Source: Dimorphilus gyrociliatus (lineage: Eukaryota; Animalia; Annelida). From it: DNA of 63,603 nt. The notes beneath the pieces are model-generated. The model had not been told where the DNA came from and made no database searches. It saw only the letters and a list, made by a program, of their open reading frames with translations. The stretch lies in assembly GCA_904063045.1 (NCBI GenBank), contig CAJFCJ010000095.1, positions 42,866 through 106,468 on the forward strand. The letters are read 5' to 3'. Every line of letters starts with the position of its first letter. Position 1 is the first letter of the stretch. Positions 60,280 through 63,603 of this stretch are shown here, piece by piece. Made by a program: the position numbers and the translations under genes.

Positions 60280-61320
60280 ATGGAGAAAACGTCCACTGAT
60301 TCGAGAAAATGTCCATTGGAGAAAACATCTTCTATGCGAAGAAAGCAATTCTAGGATCCTGTATATTTTCCATGGAAAGTGAACATTGTGAAAATTTTAC
60401 TCCTTGAGAATTTTTTTCACTGTCCTGACAAATATCTATTTATATGTTTTAACAGATCAATCAATTTATTGCAACATTTGTTGTGACATATTAATGAAGA
60501 AATACGTAGTTACACTGCAAAGACTAACTTATAGTGCAGCTCTTAATGTAGAAAGAAATCAAAAAGCAAATTTCCATACAGCAAATAATACAAATGAGCA
60601 TAGAATTGTTATGGAAAATCAATGTGGAAATACCTGTGAAACTGATAGTATTGGCTGTATCATAGAATCAATGGTGATATAGTTGAAGATCTCATTGGTC
60701 AACAAACTAATTTGATGGAAGTGTCATTCGTATCTTCTCCAAAACTTGATTGTGAGAAGGAGAATTATTCATTTAAAAGCTTAAAAGTAATGAAAAATGC
60801 TTGTAATAAAGATATTATTTGTTCAGTAAAATGTTTAGCTGAAAATGTTCTGGTAAAACATTGCAGTTCTAGTGAAGGGATACGACAAAAAACGTCTCCA
60901 AATGCACAGTTTAACCCTAACCCTAACCTAGCCCTTGTCTCTCCTTAGCCTCTTTAATTACCCTTAACCCTTAGATGGAGCCCCCCTAACTATAAATAAA
61001 AAGCTACTTTACTCCTCTTAACCATCTTTCAATCCGAAATGTTGCTTTCAAAAATCTCATTTAGGGACGTTTTCTGTCGGCCCCCTAGTGAAGATATTCC
61101 ATCTCTAGATAATTGTATAAGACTAGCAAACTTGCCATATGATCTAAATATTGAATGTCCTTAGAAATTAGTGAACCTGTATTTTTCAAAACATTGCCTG
61201 AAACCAGGGAAATAAACATTCAGTGAAAATAGCATCAAGCCATATATTTTGTAAAGTTTTCCAAAAAGCCTTTTCATAGTCTAAGACTATTTCCCTGGGA
61301 GAGTCTTTTACTGTCTTAAA
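60280..61320 (+). mobile_element. Phantom remnant interrupted by a MITE
   Basis: GAGAAAA(C/T)GTCCA subterminal repeats at about 60281-60330. The reading frame VKCLAENVLVKHCSS|SEDIPSLDNCIRLAN is split by the 60878 MITE. Confidence 0.6.
60878..61084 (+). mobile_element. 207-bp MULE-type MITE with internal CCCTAA repeats
   Basis: 9-bp TSD CTAGTGAAG (60869-60877 and 61085-61093). Ends GGATACGACAAAAAACG and (reverse complement) GGGGCCGACAGAAAACG. Confidence 0.92.
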
Positions 61321-61423
61321 CAGTTAATATAATTTCTTATCAATAAATATATATACAGTATATGAGAATGAATTCTACAAGAATAGAGTACATTTGAACA
61401 AATGGTCATTGGCAATTTTAGGA

Positions 61424-61630
61424 GGATGTGGTAGAAAACGGCCATAAATCTATGGTTTTACCCTAACCCTAAACCAGGCCTTGTTTTTGCCTAACCTTTT
61501 TGAATACCCCTAACCCTTAGATGGGACCCTCCTAAGAACATATCAACAGTTATCTTATTCCTCCTAACCATTTCCCAGGCTGAAATCTAACTTTCAAATA
61601 TTTCATTTATGGCCGTTTTCGACCGGTCCC
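61424..61630 (+). mobile_element. 207-bp MULE-type MITE with internal CCCTAA repeats
   Basis: 9-bp TSD ATTTTAGGA (61415-61423 and 61631-61639). Inverted GAAAACGGCCATAAAT ends. Confidence 0.92.
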
Positions 61631-62750
61631 ATTTTAGGAGTACCATCCAGGTCCAAATACTCCCCTTGGACAATAACTCTAATTGATGATTTCTTGCAAA
61701 AATTATGATCCTCTCATTATTCATATTTCTATCGTTTTTCAGAGAGTTTAATTCATCTGTAAACTCTTCAGTACTCTTTTTAATGTGAAATGTTTAGTTT
61801 TTTAAGTTTTTATTGTTCTTATTAGTCTTTGTATTCAAGAAAATTATTGATTATTTAATTAAAAAATTAACCGAAACATAAACATAAAAAGTTTGCATAT
61901 GATGGAATTTTTGAATGATTTTCTAAAAGTACCAAATTCTAAAAGTATAAGCGGGACAACATTAAGAAAATCTCAGTTATTTACATAAAAAAAACGGATA
62001 CTCTTTCTTTATCTTTGCTTGATTATCTTTGGAAATCACCTGCTTTTCTCGTAAGCAGCAATCTGATATGAAAATACGGTTGCCAGGTTTTAAACATTTC
62101 TGTAAAAAAACATTTCATATTAGAAGAATTAAGCAAAAAAACATTTGAGACTAACATAGAAAGCCTTCAACAATGTCAATTTATCTTCAATATCGCCATT
62201 TGAATCTTTACAATAGACAACATTGAAAAAGCACTCTGGAAATATGTAATTGATAAAATCACTATTCAGGTCTGAGTCAAATGATTACGTTTGAAAGCAC
62301 TTGCTGAAGTTCAGTATCAGGTAGATACATAAAACGCCAATTGGTCAAAACTAAAGCAAAGAAACGATTTTCTTCTTTTAGATATACAACATCACAATGT
62401 TTGATGTCAACATTTTGCAAAGATTGTTCCTTTTTAGTTTTCACAATTTTTTAAAATTCTGAGATAAATCTACTTTATAAAATTTAAAAATAATATTTAA
62501 CAGTCATGTTAAAACTTAAATATTGAAAAATTTTTGATATTGAAATATAAAATCTTCATAACAATAGCGTTAAAACTTGTTTACTGTTATTATCTTTGAT
62601 ATAGACATATGTTCTAAATATAGTTTCCCTCTTCTAGACATTTTCACATCAAAAATGGCTGTTAAATATTACGTATAAAGGTTTTAAAGTAGATTCATCT
62701 TAAAAACTGTCAGTAAAATAAAGTAATAATTAAGCTAAATGTGTAATTTA

Positions 62751-62939
62751 GGGATGTTGTTGAAAATGCCCAGTTTTGAGGCTTTACCTTCACCATAACA
62801 AAACCCTTGACCCTGTTTAAGGCACTTCATTACTTCTAACCCTTAGTTTGGACCCACTTATTTACAAATGAATTGCTTAAATACTTTTCCTAACCCATTC
62901 CCGACCTAAAATCTCACTCCAAAATAACTCATCAGTCTC
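62751..62939 (+). mobile_element. Degenerate MITE of the same family
   Basis: 9-bp TSD TGTAATTTA (62742-62750 and 62940-62948). Internal TAACCCTTAG..GGACCC and CCTAACCCATTCCC blocks. Confidence 0.8.
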
Positions 62940-63224
62940 TGTAATTTAGTGATTGAGAGCCCATTTTCCAAATGGAGCTAGTAACTGGATGAAAAGTAGG
63001 TCATTGTGTTGTTCAAATGATATAAGACAATCGTATCAAAGATATATGGATTTTTTGTATTAAAGAGAAAAAAAGTCAGACGTAATAAAAACCTTATACT
63101 TTTAAAAAATTGTGCATTCTACTGTTTTTTCCTTAATAAAAAAACAAATATAGACAGTGTGGAGCTTTTGTTGATTTTCAGATAAGCTTTTAAAGTTTTT
63201 TTCTCTCTCCTCTTCTTTCTGATA

Positions 63225-63529
63225 TTAGATATGTATATCATAGTATTCAGCACAAATTCCTTCGTATCCAGCACAACGACCAGAATTGGTATGTTTGCAA
63301 GCTCTGCACTTACTTCTACTGATACTTCGCTAAAAAGAAAAGTACAATAAAGTTTATGGAATAAATTTTCTATATTGAATACCTTCTGCAATAATTCTTT
63401 CAGTAGAAGAGTTTCCATCAATCCCTCATCTCTGCTGTCCAATAACTCCATTAATTCACTTTGCAATGGGGCAGAAATTGCCAAATGTGCCAGCATAACA
63501 ACAAGACAAATGCTCAGAAGATATTTCAT
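63225..63529 (-). CDS. Two-exon secreted prepropeptide (83 aa) with a 33-aa, 4-Cys mature peptide; complement(join(63225..63329,63383..63529))
   Basis: Signal MKYLLSICLVVMLAHLAISA; acidic propeptide; KR site formed across a 53-bp GT-AG intron; mature peptide SISRSKCRACKHTNSGRCAGYEGICAEYYDIHI*. Confidence 0.85.
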
Positions 63530-63603
63530 GATTTGAAAGTAGCTTGTAACAGGATTTGAAAGGTGTGAAAGTTGAAAATGATCTAGTTTTTTTATTGATA
63601 TAT

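Noticed and set aside
1-63603. tRNA, rRNA or other structured RNA genes
   Set aside because: None recognised by eye; the only tRNA-related sequence is the PBS.

Overview
AT-rich eukaryotic animal DNA with short (about 50-60 bp) GT-AG introns. The gene content resembles a compact lophotrochozoan, possibly annelid, genome; the host identity is inference. An assembly gap (38069-39036) splits the window. Most of it is a strongly CpG-depleted immune and transposon zone. That zone holds an intact 1728-aa NACHT-LRR (NLR-like) gene and a second NLR broken by frameshifts and LTR insertions. It also holds LRR, lectin and LDLa-GPCR pseudogenes, Phantom/MULE transposons with 207-bp telomere-repeat MITEs, and Tc1/mariner remnants. 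A near-complete Ty3/gypsy retroelement lies at 29246-38068; its polyprotein carries a tandem array of SUMO-interacting-like motifs and ends in a class III (rhabdo/chuvirus G, gB-like) envelope. A remnant of a second, homologous env-bearing family sits in the second NLR. A CpG-normal island (39-46 kb) encodes a TSP1-C1q protein, an NNMT-family methyltransferase, an orphan GPCR and a five-exon SAMHD1 paralog. That paralog keeps its allosteric residues but has lost the HD catalytic residues. A spliced cysteine-rich prepropeptide gene, missed by the ORF track, lies at the right end.
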